From Botryllus schlosseri (Eukaryota), in contig CM119377.1 of assembly GCA_051294905.1 (NCBI GenBank), positions 28,768,001 to 28,832,000 of the forward strand: a DNA stretch of 64,000 nucleotides, in the 5' to 3' direction. The stretch's first letter is position 1. Every line of letters starts with the position of its first letter. Made by a program: the position numbers and the translations under genes. This document shows positions 62,701 through 64,000 of the stretch, piece after piece. The notes under the pieces were generated by a model, which was given only the letters and a program-made list of their open reading frames with translations, had not been told where the DNA came from and ran no database searches.

Positions 62701-63699
62701 AGCTGAGGGAGGTGTGTTTGAAGAGGTAAGACCCCTCAATAATAATTAAACATATTCGGGCGATACCCGTTGGCAGGAACGAAACACCACTTCGTCAGGC
62801 ACCCAAAAAAACTTGGGTATTGGCCTCCCATATGGTTACAAACCTACCACACCCCCATCACCCTGTTCGCTTTTGCCACGAAGTTAATTTACTGTCTAGT
62901 GAGCCAGCGCCAAGCGCGAAAATTTTCGATAATTCATGATAACATCGATCGAGAATTGCATGTATATTTCTATCAATTTCTTGTCCTCTCTGCTCACGTA
63001 ATCAGATTTACTGGTAGAGCTGAGTGAGGTGCTTTGGAAACTGTGGGGCCCGTTGGTATGACTCCGTAACATGATGGTATTTCGTGACCTCCAGTCTGCT
63101 ATATCAGAAAATATATAATTGCCGAAACGTAGGCTACTACACTAAAAGGCCACACACGACTTCAAATTGGTATTTCTTCACTGGCATATAATTTTTCCCT
63201 GCGGGATGGTATTTGTCTTGTGAGGTTTAGATTGCCAAGACAGTATTTTGCATACATAACAAAGTTTTCGGTCAGCATAAGGGCAGTAGTCCTTTTCGGC
63301 CAAGGTTTTCTCGTTGCCGATCGTTCTGGCACAGTTCTTGGAGTCGCATGTTACATGGCCTAAAACTTTATATATCTTGGTGCGTCGTGGCGCACGGTAA
63401 TGGCCAACGCCGATATGCCCATTTCTATAAATCGTGCGTATTTTTTGTTGGGGGAAGAGTACCCTAAAATCAAGATATTTGACGGATTGAAATCGGACAC
63501 AGCGTGAAACATTTCTGAAAGTGACAAAAATTTTAAAAAAATACTCCATAATTTATGCTAATCCATGAATTAATTTTGGACCCCCCAATTGGGAGTTTGG
63601 GGTGCGGCAGTTACGGTCCTGCATGGTAGCTTTTGAAAGTGATGTGATAGCGAATTTTGAAGAGTATCTTCGGGTTTGTGGAGTAGTTAAAGAGTGAAT

Positions 63700-64000
63700 T
63701 ATAAGTTCTCATATCCTAAGCATAAAAGACATGCGGAAACTAGAAATTGCAAAATTTATGTATCAATTCCACTGCGGCCACTGCCCAGAACACTTCAATG
63801 ACTTCTTTACCTCGGAATCAAAAGCGCACGAGTACAACACACGCGCGTCCACGTCGTCCAAATATCATATCATCGATCGAAAAGATCATCGCTCTATCAA
63901 ATAGGCTATGCCGAACCTGATGTGTGTAACAGTATCCCGCCGGCCATCCGACAGTCGACGGGCATGTCCACATTCAAGTCGAAATACAAGCAATTACTAC
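63700..64000 (+). mobile_element. L2/CR1-group LINE ORF2 C-terminal relic (runs off the window)
   Basis: ILSIKDMRKLEIAKFMYQF..FNDFF..HEYNTR..(frameshift) NSIPPAIRQSTGMSTFKSKYKQLL. Confidence 0.75.

Overview
AT-rich, intron-containing animal genomic DNA. The splice signals and transposon types resemble a marine invertebrate, possibly a tunicate, but the species cannot be determined from the sequence. The only supportable protein-coding content is a cluster of three paralogous four-exon GT31 (beta-1,3-glycosyltransferase, B3GALT/B3GNT-like) genes with identical intron phases (2-1-2). Gene A (+, 54-7046, 358 aa) is intact. Gene B (+, 20952-32427) is a recent duplicate of A, pseudogenised by two nonsense codons and an exonic hAT insertion. 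Gene C (-, 54571/54484-42262) is an older, intact paralog. There is also one intron-containing but degenerate tRNA-Tyr. The rest is a dense set of non-autonomous hAT-type elements (many with checkable 8-bp TSDs), fold-back MITEs, tRNA-derived SINEs, and relics of L2/CR1, RNase-H-bearing, RTE and Penelope-like retroelements. The most unusual items are: a Penelope-like insertion with inverted pseudo-LTRs carrying minimal hammerhead-ribozyme motifs in gene A intron 2; a 27-residue block identical in genes B and C with 20 synonymous codon differences; a 1.9-kb DNA transposon carrying a ~200-bp tandem array; and a composite transposon with one left and two right ends. All alignments and counts were done by eye, without tools.
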